64,000 nucleotides of DNA from an uncultured Acidobacteriota bacterium (GCA_963772065.1 CAVYVZ010000008.1:421645-485644), one strand, 5' to 3'; counted from the stretch's first letter, positions 1 to 13,201 are shown. The notes: generated by a model from the letters alone, not told the origin. A program made the numbers and translations.

Positions 1-1023
1 ACCTCCCAACAGCGCCGAGCTCAGCGAGTAGAGGAAGGGAAGCCCCACAAAGTAGAGACCGGGACAGGACTCGACGATGCCCCGATCGTGAATGGGAACG
101 CCGTTGTGGGCGGGTAGCGAGAGATCGATCCAGTCATAATTCGGTGTGAATCCGGTACACCAAATGACGTTCGACACCTCGAGGGCCCTTCCATCCTCGA
201 GGACTGGAAATCCGTTCCTCACCCCTGTCATTCGCGGCACTCTTTCGATGCCTGCAGCTGCAAAATCCTTCCGTCGCACCCGTCCCAGAGGGATGCCACG
301 AGGGGGATCAAAAAAATGGTCGCGGACCTTTCTTCCAAATGGCGTGTTCACCGTCAACACCCGCGTCGCCGTGAACCACATGATCGGCGTGAACAGATGA
401 TCGGGAAGACTCCCGGCCCGCGTGGGTTCCTGGCCCGTGTCCCGGCCCGCCAACCATGTCTGGTGGTGGGGAGCGAGTTCGATTGCTATCTCGGCGCCGG
501 AGTTGCCGGCGCCCACGACCAGCACGCCCCCTTCCTGAATCTGGGATGGGTTGCGGTACTCCTTGGAATGAAGCTGGACGATGCTCTCGTCGAGCTCGCG
601 TGCGAATGGCGGGACCCTGGGGTTGTTGTAGGCGCCGGTAGCCACGACCACGTTGTCGGCGACAAGGGTGTACTCGTCGCAGATCACCTCGAATCGAGCC
701 CCGACCTTGGAGAGTTTGTCGACTTTGACGCCGGTTCGCACAGGGAGCTCGAACTCGCGGGCATAAGCTTCTAGATAGTCGGCGGTCTCGTCCTTGGTCG
801 GATAAGAGAAGGGCGATCCCGGAAAGGGCATCCCCGGTAGTCCGCTGTAACGGCCCGGCGTAAACAGACGCAGCGAATCCCACCTCTTCCGCCAGGCATC
901 ACCGATCCGGTCGTTGTCGTCCAGGATCACGAACGGCAGACGACGTTGCATCAGGTGATAGCCGACAGCCAGACCTGATTGGCTTCCACCGATGACCGCT
1001 GTTCCGAGTTGCTGATCACTCAT
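1..1023 (-). CDS. Flavin-containing monooxygenase / CzcO-TrkA-like flavoprotein (3' end runs off the window)
   Basis: Not in the ORF track. Manual translation from ATG at 1023 gives MSDQQLGTAVIGGSQSGLAVGYHL...GDAWRKRWDSLRLFTP...YPTKDETADYLEAYA, with a second dinucleotide-binding motif VVGAGNSGAEIA. Confidence 0.85.
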   Translation of the reverse strand, partial: MSDQQLGTAVIGGSQSGLAVGYHLMQRRLPFVILDDNDRIGDAWRKRWDSLRLFTPGRYSGLPGMPFPGSPFSYPTKDETADYLEAYAREFELPVRTGVKVDKLSKVGARFEVICDEYTLVADNVVVATGAYNNPRVPPFARELDESIVQLHSKEYRNPSQIQEGGVLVVGAGNSGAEIAIELAPHHQTWLAGRDTGQEPTRAGSLPDHLFTPIMWFTATRVLTVNTPFGRKVRDHFFDPPRGIPLGRVRRKDFAAAGIERVPRMTGVRNGFPVLEDGRALEVSNVIWCTGFTPNYDWIDLSLPAHNGVPIHDRGIVESCPGLYFVGLPFLYSLSSALLGG

Positions 1024-1046
1024 TTGCAGTCCAACACCGCGGCACG

Positions 1047-1346
1047 TCAGCTTTCAATTCGATAGATTTCGCGCCGCCCGCTCTCCACGAGGTCGTGGTA
1101 GTCGGCCATCGTCTTCCGGAGCGTTTCGTTCCCCATGAGCGTGTGCTCCAACGTGAAGAAGTCATCGATCCGCTCGACCTTCGCCTCAGCGACGATCGTC
1201 CAGAACGGCTCACCCGTGACATCCGTGAGCAGACGAAGCGGTTCTTGTCCGATTTCTTTGAGCACGTTGGAGATGGCTCTGAACTTCTCGACCATCTGTC
1301 GGACCTTCCCGGGTTTGCAGTGCAGGACCTCACGGATGACGTACAT
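1047..1346 (-). CDS. Small hypothetical protein, possibly NIPSNAP-like dimeric alpha-beta barrel
   Basis: 99-aa ORF MYVIREVLHCKPGK...GRREIYRIES. GAGGAG ribosome-binding site upstream; in operon with its neighbours. Confidence 0.65.
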   Translation of the reverse strand: MYVIREVLHCKPGKVRQMVEKFRAISNVLKEIGQEPLRLLTDVTGEPFWTIVAEAKVERIDDFFTLEHTLMGNETLRKTMADYHDLVESGRREIYRIES

Positions 1347-1369
1347 GGGGCACTCCTCTCACATCTGGT

Positions 1370-2590
1370 TCACGCATGGAACTCCACTTTCTTCGCGACG
1401 GTTAGGATGCGGCCGAGGTTTTCGTCGGACATGAAATCAGGCAGCGGAATGGCGCCCGTGATCGCCGAGAGAAAGGCGTTCGTGGCATCCTGGTTGTAGC
1501 GCAGCGCACCGAAGAGGCCTTGCATCTCGGGCGGAGGCGGATGAAGTGTCGCGAGCTGGCTGGTGAACTCGTACATGGGTCGCACGCGCTCATTGCGCGC
1601 CGCTTCGTGAGCCTCCATCAGACCTTCGAACGTCCCATTGCCCGACAGCCAAATGGTCAGCGTCTCGGTCAACGCCGCCGCGTCGATGAATGCGTCACTG
1701 ATGCCCTGTGCGGTGATCGGATCGCGGTTGTAGCTGGCGTCGCCGACGAGCGCCCATCCCCTGCCATACGGCTTCCGGAAGTACCCGGGCACGCCTGCCG
1801 TGCCGTACCACTTTTCTTCGCGATGGCCCTGGCGGACGCGAGCCAGAAAGTCGGGCGCCTTCTCGAGCGCCGTCCAGACGTGACCCTCGATATCGGCGCG
1901 GACTTCGGGAAAATCGCCGGTCGGCCAGTTCACCATCACGAGATGGAGACCGTCGTGGGTGGGCGCGCCACCAAGTGCGCAGCGGTCGCGCACGTACAGT
2001 TCGATGTCGTCCTGCGCGATGCCGCTGAAATACGAGTAATAGCAACAGGCGGCCACTGGCCGCACCTCGTACTCCGGCGCTCGTACCGCTCGGGCGACGA
2101 ACGAGTTCACCCCGTCGGCGCCGATGATCACTCGCGCCCGCTCCTCGACCGCTGTGCCGCTCTTGCCATGCCCGCGCACGCCGACGACGGTGTCGCCTGT
2201 CATCAGCAACTCGTCGACGGTGAACGATTCGCGGACCTCGACACCGCATTCCGCGGCCGCTTTCACCAGAAGGCTGTCGAGTACGGTGCGGCGGGGACAG
2301 AACCCGCCCATGCCTTCATTCGCATCGGGAATCGTGCCACGGAGCGCGAAGGGTCCGACATCGAACGTCATCCGCAGGCAGATGGGCGGCAGACCCGTCG
2401 CAGCGAGTGTGTCGAGGAGTCCCCACCGCGCCAGGATCTCGGCGCCGTGAGGCCACAGAATGTGTGTCGAGATCGTATCGCTGGGGAACGTCGCCCTGTC
2501 GACGAGTAAGACCTTGAAACCCCGGCGAGCCATGAGCATGGCCGTTGATGAGCCGGCACAACGCGCGCCAACGATGATCGCGTCGTACAT
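1370..2590 (-). CDS. NAD(P)/FAD-dependent oxidoreductase (geranylgeranyl reductase / aromatic hydroxylase-like)
   Basis: MYDAIIVGARCAGSSTA Rossmann motif, IIGADG and WALVGDA...DPITAQGISDAF. Start placed at ATG 2590 after GGAGG. Confidence 0.85.
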   Translation of the reverse strand: MYDAIIVGARCAGSSTAMLMARRGFKVLLVDRATFPSDTISTHILWPHGAEILARWGLLDTLAATGLPPICLRMTFDVGPFALRGTIPDANEGMGGFCPRRTVLDSLLVKAAAECGVEVRESFTVDELLMTGDTVVGVRGHGKSGTAVEERARVIIGADGVNSFVARAVRAPEYEVRPVAACCYYSYFSGIAQDDIELYVRDRCALGGAPTHDGLHLVMVNWPTGDFPEVRADIEGHVWTALEKAPDFLARVRQGHREEKWYGTAGVPGYFRKPYGRGWALVGDASYNRDPITAQGISDAFIDAAALTETLTIWLSGNGTFEGLMEAHEAARNERVRPMYEFTSQLATLHPPPPEMQGLFGALRYNQDATNAFLSAITGAIPLPDFMSDENLGRILTVAKKVEFHA

Positions 2591-2652
2591 CACAGTCCTC
2601 CGCGTTGAGAGACACCCTATCCAACGCGGACGGCGCGGAGCATCGGACGGAC

Positions 2653-2684
2653 TACCCAATTCGTGGTCGCCGCGAAATTGGGTA
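2653..2684. promoter_or_regulatory. Inverted repeat, candidate operator for the adjacent LuxR-type regulator
   Basis: TACCCAATT-N14-AATTGGGTA is a perfect 9-bp AT-rich inverted repeat between the regulator stop codon and the flavoprotein operon. Confidence 0.5.
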
Positions 2685-2701
2685 ATTCTGCGTACGCCGT
2701 T

Positions 2702-4329
2702 TCAGATGAGGTCGTGCCGGTAGGCCCAGGCCGTGGCGCCGGTGCGGCTCGAGACGCCAAGCTTGTCGAAAATGTTGCTGACGTGGCGAGCGACGGTTTT
2801 CTCGCTGATGAACAGCGCCTCCGCGATATCGCGATTCGTCTTGCCGGCCGCGAGCTGGCGAAGGACCTGCGCCTCTCGTTCGCTGAGCGAACCAGCTGAC
2901 TGGCGCGCCGCGCGCTCTGATTGCTTTGCGATGCGCGCAAGCCAGGGCTCGGCGTTGAGCTGCGTGAACAGCTTTCGCGCGGCATCGAGCTCGAGACGGC
3001 GCCCGTCCTGATCGCCGCGTCGTTCACACACAGCTGCCACCAAGAGGCAGGTCTGCGCTTCTTCGTACGGCGTCCCCAGGTCCCGCCAGATTTCCCACGC
3101 CTCGCGCAGCGACGTCGACGCGTCGGCAATGTCCCCTTCCGCAAGGCGGACTGCGCCGGTCGCGTGCGCCGACGCAGCGTGGAGAAGCGGCGCGCCGATG
3201 GTGCCTGCGATCTCCGCCAATTCTGCGGCGGCAGCGCGCGCGTTCTCGAGATCACGCGCGGCCAGCAGGATCTCGACGGCAGCGGCGAGCATTCTCGCGC
3301 GGGCGGCGCGAGCGCGCGCGTCGAGCAGAACACCGCGGATCGACGCGGCCGCGGCCTCGGTCTGACCCTGCGCGAGACGAAGCAGCGAGAGGCCCGGCTG
3401 TGGCTTTCGGCCGCGCTCGTTCGCGGTCGTGTAGGCCGCTTCAGCCTTCGCGAATTCACCCCGAAGCCGATGAATCTCCCCGACGCGATAGAACGCAGCA
3501 CCCGCCGCGGGCCGGGACATGAGCAACTCGCACGCGTCCTGCACATCCCGTGCGGCCTCATCCCACTTGCCGCGTAGCTGCATGACTTCGGCACGGTAGA
3601 GCAGGCACTCGCCGCGATAGCGTACGAGGTCGGGCTGGGCGGCACACCATTCTGCGAGCGAGGCGGTCCACTCGTATGCGCGACGCAGATCGAAGGTCTC
3701 CTGACAAGCCTCGAGGACGATGCAATAGATGTCACCCGCGAGGATTGGCGTCACCTCGCCCGCAATCACCGCGACCATCGCTTCGTCGAGCAACGCAACA
3801 CCGTCCGCCAGGTTTCCCAGTCGAATCAGCGCGCGCCCGCGGCCCGAGCGCGCAAGCGACGCGAGATCACGATCGCCAAATCGGCGAGCGATCTCCCCGC
3901 TTGCGTGAATGCGGCGTCGCCGGCCGCGGGATCGCCTTGCACAATGTGTTGGATGGCGGAAGGAATCAGCAGGTACCCGCGCACGACGCAGTCGAGGTGC
4001 GCCTCATCGAGGATACGTTCAGCTCTGGCGAACCATCCCGACGCTGGAGCAAGGGCGCCGCGTTGCAGCAGTTCAAATGCCAGCCAGGATGCGGATCGAG
4101 CGGCGCCTTCGCGGTCCCCTCGATCGAGGAATGTCTGATGCGCGCGCGCTCTGAGGGCCTCGCTCTCGGCATCGCGTCCCATGAGGTAGGCGGCCGTCGC
4201 AAGTCGTTCGAGGTCTTCGGGTTCCAAGGATGCTTCACGGTCGGCCGCTTCGAACAGGCGATACGATTCCCCCCACGCCTTTCGGTCGAACGACTTCCGA
4301 GCACGGCCAAGCGCCTGCACGTCGGTCAT
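2702..4329 (-). CDS. LuxR-family transcriptional regulator (TPR-like N-terminus, C-terminal HTH); frameshifted near 3800-3900
   Basis: Two ORFs (3826-4329 and 2702-3793) join into one protein. C-terminus LSEREAQVLRQLAAGKTNRDIAEALFISEKTVARHVSNIFDKLGV. Confidence 0.85.
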
Positions 4330-4483
4330 GTACTTCAGTGAGGATGGTAGATCGTTTGGCGTAGCCTCATCTCAACAACAGGAACTTGTTCCAAACTGCA
4401 CAGACAGTTCAAGTTCGTTGTTCGATGATCGGCCGTTTTGTCGAGGACGTAGTCATCACCGCACGTGCGGGAGGAGGACGTAG

Positions 4484-4687
4484 ATGTCCGTTGCCAAGGT
4501 GTCCGAAATCAGCGCGACGTCTCCGAAGAGTTTCGAGGACGCGATCCAGCAAGGTCTCACCAGGTCCGCAAAAACGCTGCGAAATGTTCGCGGCGCATGG
4601 ATCAAGGAACAGCACGTGCGCTGCACCGACGGCCGCGTCACGGAATATCAGGTGAACATGATGGTGACGTTCATCCTGGATGACTAG
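4484..4687 (+). CDS. Dodecin family flavin-binding protein
   Basis: 67 aa, MSVAKVSEISATSPKSFEDAIQQGLTRSAKTLRNVRGAWIKEQ...EYQVNMMVTFILDD. Strong GGAGGAGG ribosome-binding site. Confidence 0.9.
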   Translation: MSVAKVSEISATSPKSFEDAIQQGLTRSAKTLRNVRGAWIKEQHVRCTDGRVTEYQVNMMVTFILDD

Positions 4688-5485
4688 TCGAAGCGGTCCG
4701 TAGGTCCCGCATCCCCCGTCGCGTCGCTCCCGCGCGGAATCATTGCGAACGCCTGGTATGTCACGATCGTGTGGACCGCGCACGCGAGAATGATCGCGGC
4801 CGGAGGGACGATCAGCACGACCAGCGCGTGCTCCACGAAAGCGCCGGACTGCGCCGCGCCGTTGGCGAGCGGAAGCGCGAGCGTGACGGCGTAGTACGAC
4901 GGCCAGCGGCAGAGCCATGCGACGGAACGCGTGAGCGACCCTCGTCGTCGCGCGACGGTTCATGGCGCTGCCCAACCGGGCCGCGCTGCGATCGAGCCGG
5001 CGCACGAGCTCGTGGAGCAGCACCAGGCCCCCGAAATACACGGTGATCCCTTCGACGCGATGGACGTCGGCGGCACTGAATGCCGACAGCGCAGCCGGAT
5101 GCGCGGCGAGCCACATCGCGATCGCAATCCGCACCGCGTTGACCAGCACGGCCGCCGAATAGCTCGCCAGCAGGCTCACACCCAGAACTCGCGCCGCCGA
5201 CATGCCGGATCCGACACGATGAACGAGAGCGAGCATCAGCATGCCGAACGCGGCGACCATGAAGTTGATCCCCGCGCATGATTTCTCGATCAGGAACAGG
5301 CGGTCGCGCGAGAAATATCCTTCTCCCGGCTGCAGCGCGAAGGTGGTGCCGGTCATGACGCCGACCAACCGCGCCGTCGGACTCAATATCCACTCGAGAT
5401 CGTCCGCGCGCGCGTCGGCGTAGTGTCGCTTCATACCCCAGGCGATCAGCACCGCGGCGGCCAGCACGCAGAGTTTCATCTTCAC
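4684..5485 (-). CDS. xrtK: Exosortase K-like transpeptidase; frameshift near 4895
   Basis: Multi-TM protein: KRHYADARADDLEWILSP, catalytic Cys in IEKSCAGINF, NAVRI (Arg) and HRVEG (His). The shifted frame continues YYAVTLALPLANGA to a TAG at 4684-4686. Confidence 0.8.
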
Positions 5486-7506
5486 GCGACGACTCCCGAT
5501 CCGCGCGGCGTCGCACGGCGCAGCAGACTCACACAACCGAGAATCGCCACGACGATCGCGCACACCCACACGATGTCTGGTTCGGGGCCCGCGGTGACGC
5601 CGACGGCGAGGTCGGACACGCCCGCTGGAAGCGGCAGCGGCTGGTCGACGTCGTCGGCACCCTCAGTGGTGCGCCGCACGATCTCCTGCACCGCGACGAA
5701 CGACGTGTACCGCGTGAGCAAGCCATAGGTCAGCCCCAGAGAGGTGATCTCGGCGACACGTTCCTCGCTGGGAGCATCGGGACCGAAATCCGACAGGTCC
5801 GCGATACGGGTTCGTGCCCACAGATGCCGAAGCGCGCCGTGACGCGCGTCGGCGTTCGCCGGCGAGACGGCAATCGACGTCTGGTACACGCCGCGGCCGG
5901 TCTTGCCCGAGATCTCGATCGATCCAGCTGCGCCGCCTCGCCACTTTCCGAAGACGACAATCGGACGGCTGGCGAACAGGTCCGGGACGCTTCTGCGGCT
6001 CGACATCGTAGGCGTCGAATCCGTTGAACGTCACGTCGATGCCGGTGAGCACGGGCGTGTCGATGTAGCGCCGGAGCCGCGCCGCCGCTTCCGTCGCCTC
6101 GGCGGGTTCTGTCACGATGAACGGTTCCCCGAGCCCCGCACGCGCGACGCCCTCGATGAGGAACCGGTTCACGCTGCTGCCAATACCAAAGGCGAAGAAG
6201 TTGACATCGTCCAGTTGAGCGCGGACGTAGTCGAACACGTCCGATTCCGCCTCGATATAGCCGTCGGTCACCAGGACGATGCTGCGCGACGCCTCGCCGT
6301 TGACGCGGGACCGCTACCGCCCGTTCGAGCGCCGCCAGCAGCCGCGTCCCGCCGCCGCCGTTCTTCTGCCCGATGAACTGGAGCGCCCGTGTGAGATTCG
6401 GAGCGCGTCGCTGGAACAGACACTGGCGCGAACGTCTCGGAGCCGTCGGCAAACACGACGATGTTGAACGTGTCGGACGGGTCGAAGGACGTTCGCGAGG
6501 TCGCCCATCAGCTTCTTCGCCGTGTCCAGCGGAAAGCCGTTCATCGATCCCGACACGTCGAGCACGAAGATGTACTCGCGCGACGGCACCTCGTCGGGCT
6601 GGACCACCTGCGGCGGTTCCGCCATGAGCAGGAAGAAGTTTTCGTCCCGGCCCTGGTACAGCAGCAGTCCCGAGGCAATCTCCTCGCCGGCCAATCGGTA
6701 GCGAAGGATGAAGTCGCGATTGCCCGAGAATCGATCGGACTCGGCGAGCGTCATCTCCGAGCGCCCCGCGCCGCTCGCAGCGGACCACCAGCTGATGCGA
6801 GGGTGAGGCGAGCTCCTGAAGCGGCACGCCGGTGGACACCACGCCCGAGAGGTGGAACTCGCTGCGCGGCGCCTCGCCCTGGCGGGTGTACGGAGCCTTG
6901 ACGAACTCGTCTCCCGGCGACGCCTGGCTTTCGCGCTTCTCGGAGTAGCGCGGTCCGACAACGGTCGGGTAGACGAACTCGTACACACCGTCGGTCGGCA
7001 CGAGCAGCTCCGTGTATTTGAGCTCCACCGAGATCGTGTCGCCTGGAAGCACGTTGGCGACCTTCATCGTGAACACGTTGGGGCGGCTCTGTTCCAGGAG
7101 CGATGCGCTCTTCCCCTCGCGTCTTCGCGGCTTCGAATTCACGTGCCGCCTGCTTGCGCTCCCTGATTCTGGCCACGGTGCGCACGTCGCCGACGGTCAT
7201 CGTCATGCCGTACACGGCCGCCCGCGTCGACGCAGGAAAGACGTAGCGGGCATGAATGGGCCGCGTTCCGCGATTCTCGTACACCTGCCGAACGGTCACG
7301 TCCGCAATCACGCCGGCGATCGCGACGTCAACTCGCGTGTCCTTCAACGGCAGACGATCGATGGCGGGATCGCCGCCTTCGACGAAGAAGTATGGGGAGA
7401 GCGTCTTGTCAGCAGGTACTCGATCGCCCTGCGCCGCGGCCTCGAGCGGCACGAGCAAGGCACAGATGGCGAGAGCGATGACGGTGCAGCGAGTTGAGAG
7501 TCTCAT
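5482..7506 (-). CDS. Secreted VIT + vWA domain protein with C-terminal PEP-CTERM-like sorting signal; several frameshifts
   Basis: Signal peptide; VIT domain (IADVTVRQVYEN...YVFPASTRAAVYGM); vWA MIDAS motif FVLDVSGSM and TDGYI; tail GPEP-hydrophobic segment-LLRR. Confidence 0.8.
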
Positions 7507-8491
7507 GTCCGTGGCCTCGACCCGGACTGATGTCGGCAACGATAGTGCCGACACGCCGGTCTCGAGACGTGAGCGCCTACTTGCTCGACGACCGCATGAC
7601 GCGAGGCCTCACGTTCGAACGGTTCTTCAGAACCCACCTGACTGCTTCGACGCGCGCCAGGTTCCGCTTCGCCTTTTCGTAGCCAGGGTCGGCAGCGAGT
7701 GCGCCCTTGTACGCGGTGGCCGCCGCCTTGAAGCGCCCCGTGTGCTCGAGCGCCATGCCCAGGTTGTTGTGAAACGCCGGCACGTCCTGCCGCAACTCCA
7801 CGGCTTTGGCGAGCAGCGGCAGCGCCTCGTCGGCGCGCTGCGTCTCGAGGAACAGGAGCCCGAGGTTGTTCATCGACCATGCGTCGAGCTCGTTCAGCTC
7901 GATCGCGCGACGATACGCAGTCACCGCCTCGTCTGTCTTGCCCTGCGCGTGGTAGGTGCGGCCGAGCAGCCGATACACCTCGGTCGACTCGGGATCGATT
8001 TCGGCCGCACGCGTCAGCCTGTCGAGCGGCGTCGTCATGCCGCTTCTGTTCGATGAAGACGCGGCTCAGGTTCACGAGGCTCTTGACGTGATGCGGGTCG
8101 ATGCTCAGCGCCTTCTCGAAGGCCTGCTCGGACTTCGCGAGATCGCCGCTCTTCCACGCTGACAGGCCGAGCATGTAGTGTCCCCACGCGTTGGCGGGGC
8201 GCTGCACGGTGTAGTGATCGAAGATCGCCGTCGCGTCGCTGTACTTCCTCGCCTGGTATGCCGCCTGGCCATCGGCGAATGACACCGGACCGGTGATCTT
8301 CGGCGTCGCGTCCGGCACGAATCCTTCTCCGTCGCGCCGCGCTTCGGCAGGATTCGACTGCTCGCGACGGGTTTCGCCGGCGTGGCTGCCGACCCCGCCT
8401 TTGCCTTCGACGGTTCGCCGCGCTTCGAACAGCCGACGGCCGCGAATGCCGCCAGGAGCAGCACCGCCGTGACGTGTCGTGTGGGTTTCAT
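7503..8491 (-). CDS. TPR-repeat lipoprotein; frameshifted, 3' end approximate
   Basis: Lipobox-like LLLAAFAAVGC. TPR repeats WGHYMLGLSAWKSG, WSMNNLGLLF and FHNNLGMALE spread across ORFs 8105-8491, 7503-8525 and 7577-8038. Confidence 0.75.
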
Positions 8492-8663
8492 CTGTCTTCT
8501 CCCTCTGGTTGGCCGACCGCTTCACGCGGTCGAGCGTTCGCCGGCCTTCAGGGCAAGCCGTGCAGCCACGGTGGGCGGGAGAAGACAGATGTCTCTAACT
8601 GACGAGAGCAGAGCGAGTTGTCGAATCGTCAGAACGCGGCCGGCGGGAAACTGTCGCGACCGT

Positions 8664-8681
8664 CGTGTCCGCGTGGACACG
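8664..8681. promoter_or_regulatory. Palindrome, candidate enhancer (UAS) for the sigma-54 activator
   Basis: CGTGTCC-GCGT-GGACACG, about 110 bp upstream of a near-consensus -24/-12 element in front of the TPR gene. Confidence 0.35.
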
Positions 8682-8715
8682 GTCCGGAGTCGGTGTCCGG
8701 GAACACTACGCGTGT

Positions 8716-10096
<1,381 letters not shown>

Positions 10097-10100
<4 letters not shown>

Positions 10101-11798
10101 GTGCGCTTCGAACCTGCTGGAATGTCGATGATGATGCGCGTTCCCCGGCCAGGCGCACTGTCGACGCCGATCGTGCCGTGAAGGTCCATCACCAGTCGTC
10201 GAACGATGGAGAGCCCCAGACCTGTGCCGCCCTCCTTCGTCGTATAGAAATCGTTGAAGATCCGTCCCGCTTCGTCAGCGGACATTCCCCGACCGGTGTC
10301 GGCGACCGTCACCCGGACTGCCGGCAGATCACCGTCTCGATCAACCACCTGCGTGGAGACGGTGATGCGACCCGGCTTCGATTGCAGGCTGTCCACCGCG
10401 TTGGCGATCAGATTCTCGAGGATACGCCGGAACGCGACCGGGTCTCCCATAACCGGCGGGAGATTCGTCAGGTCGGTCCCGAACTCGACATGGTCGTGCC
10501 CCTGCGCGGCGCGAACGACGTCGGTGATCAGCGCGTTCAGATCGCACTCGCGCCGGTCCGACGGTGGCGACAGTCGCTGGTAGCTCGTGGCCAGCGTCTC
10601 GAGATACGCGATGCTGGAATCGACCGTGGGCCGCCGCTCGGCGAACACCGCCGGAAGAGCGCCTGGCTCGTCCCGTTCGACTTGCGCCAGATGGCGCATC
10701 ACGTTCCGAAGCGGGATGAGGCCGTTCTTGATGTCGTGGTTGATCTGACGGGCCAGCTCGCCGACAGTCGCGCGCCGTTCGGCCTCGCGCACGCGGGCGG
10801 TGCTGGTGCGCAGCCGTGCGGCAAGGTCACCGAGAAGCCGGGACAATCTGCCGACTTCGTCGGTGCCGGGATCGAAGTCGACGTCGAGGCGATCGAGATC
10901 GAGCACGGCCGTCTTTTCAGCAAGAGCCGCCAGCGGTCCGCTGATTCGCGACGACACCCACACCGCCAGCAGCAGGGCGGCGACTCCGGTCCCCGCGGCG
11001 GTCACCAGGAACCATGAATCCGCGCTGCGCAGAAGCGTCCTGAGCGGCGTCAGAGGCTGAGTGACCTCGAGCCGCGCCTGGACGACCTCGAGCGGTGTTC
11101 CTGCTCCGGTCCGGATCACCGGAAGCTGCAGTTCGCCGACCGCCGAGTCGTCCGTCGTGTCCGGCTTTCGTGGAATCGTCAACAGCTCTCCCCCTGGGTA
11201 GCGCAGCGACACGACGATCGCTCGATCGCGAGCCAGCCGCGCGAGAAAGGCTTCGATCAACGGCCACACCACCGACCATGGCGAACGTCCGCCCGCCGAT
11301 CACGAACGACTCGGCACGCGCGAGCGCCAGAAACTCACGCTCGGCGCCACGAGTGGTCACGAACGCGACGCCGCGCGCGTCGTGGAGCGCGGACGCCAGC
11401 CCACGCTCGACGCGGCCATGCTCGTTCCGGAAGTGACCGGAGCTGATAATCCGGTCGTCGCCATCCTGAATCTGAAGCATCGAGAGACCAGTGAGGCGCA
11501 TCGCCGTGCCCGCGTAGTCGAGCAGATAGTTCCGTTCCGACTCGACGCCGGCAACCGCGGCGAGGCGAAACCTGTTGTCGTTCAGCAGCGCGCTCTCGAG
11601 CGACGCGAGCCGGTCGGCAATCCCGGCACTCTCGCGAGCGAGATCTTCGCGAATGATCTCGACCACGCCGTCGACACGAAGCTGGTACTCCGCCGAGAGA
11701 CGTCTGGTCATCTCCTGCCGAAGTCCGAACGCCAGCAGCGCAATCGGGATCAGCACGACGGCGGCAAAGGCGAGGAGCAGGCGAGTACGCAGGCTCAT
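10097..11798 (-). CDS. Membrane sensor histidine kinase (HAMP-HisKA-HATPase); frameshift near 11270
   Basis: N-terminal TM; H-box ARQINHDIKNGLIP; ENLIANA; DTGRGM; YTTKEGGTGLGL. Confidence 0.85.
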
Positions 11799-11801
11799 CT
11801 C

Positions 11802-13201
11802 TTATCTCGGATCGTTCGCCCCGGCGATAACCAATCCTCCATCCCAGTCCGCAGTCACACCGGACCGCCCGCGCCGCACAATCGCCTGCAGCCGCGTCTC
11901 GACCAGCGGGACGATGGTCTCGGGATCGAGCCATGGAGCGTCATCTATCAGGGCCTGCAGGTCTCGGCACGGGTCAACCGGCCGGCTGTCGACGGACATC
12001 ACGTAACCACCGTCGGCTCCCCGCCGCTGTGCCCGTGCCAGGGCCTCACCGGTCAACCCGGCGGCACGCTGGTATGCGGCGGAGGCCCGGAAGGAGCGCA
12101 TCGAGACGTGCCAGCCGCCAGCCACAAGCGCTCGGCGAGATCGCGCGCCGCGGCGTCGCTCGCGTCGTACACGATCCGCGGAGTGGGCGAGGAATGGTCT
12201 CGCGGCGGAGAAAGAGCGACCTCGCAATCCGGCATCGTCTGCCACCAGAACGGACCGCGCGCCCCCCGCGCCTCGCCTCGAACCGCATCGTCGGCGAGAA
12301 CCTGCCGCGCGTCTTCCGACAGCGAAGCCGCGGAGCGCGGCGCGGCCGGGTGTAAGGAGCAGGTGGGTTCGCTGCCATGCCAGCGGCACGGAATGAAATT
12401 GCGGCAGCGTGGCTGCATAGTCGAGCGCCGCGGGATCCCGTGTGAGCAGCAAGTCAACACCCTCGTCCAGGAGATCCCGCGGGTCGCCGGGAGCGACCGA
12501 GAAATCGAATGGCCGGCAGATTGTCTCGAGCGAGGGTAATCACCGTCGCGGCTCTGGCAACCGGCGTGTGACCTTCTGGTGCGATCCGAGCGGATCGTGT
12601 TCCGAGCGGCCACGGCGAATCGGCGACGGACTTGGCGATTGCCAGATCGGGATGCGCAAGCGCCAGGGGCACGTCTACGCGTTGACTCCGCAAAGTGATC
12701 GCAAGGGCCCGGTCGCCGACAAGCGCGATCGATTGAACGAGACGACTCACGTGCGGCCGCAGCTCGTCTGCCGATGCCGTCACGGGTCCAACTCGCCTGC
12801 ACGTCAGCCGCCGTGACCGGCGCGCCGTCGGAGAACCGGGCGTTCTCCCGCAATGTGACGATCCAGGTACGGCCGTTTGCGTCGAGCTGCCACGACGCTG
12901 CCAGGCCGGGACCCGCACGTCCATGGCAATCCGCTCGGACCAGCGTCTCGTAGAGCTGACGGAACAGCAATCGCTCGCTCTCGTTCGACGGGTGGGGGGC
13001 GTTCGACGGATCGATTCGGTCACTGAGGGCAACGGTCGAAACCGGTTCGCCCGGTTCAGCGATCAGCGCACAGTCGGCGGATCCGGCCTGGGGACGCACC
13101 GCCGACGCCGCCGGGGTGACACGCGGGCTGCACGCCCAAGTCATCGCCTGAAGGCACACGATGAACCCGAACGCGGCACATCCCCGGACTCTCAGCTTCA
13201 C
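11802..13201 (-). CDS. ABC-type family-5 solute-binding-like lipoprotein; frameshifted, start approximate
   Basis: Possible lipobox TWAC. LFRQLYETLVR...PGLAASW...WIVTLRENARFSDGAPVTAADV is a typical SBP_bac_5 motif. Confidence 0.7.
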
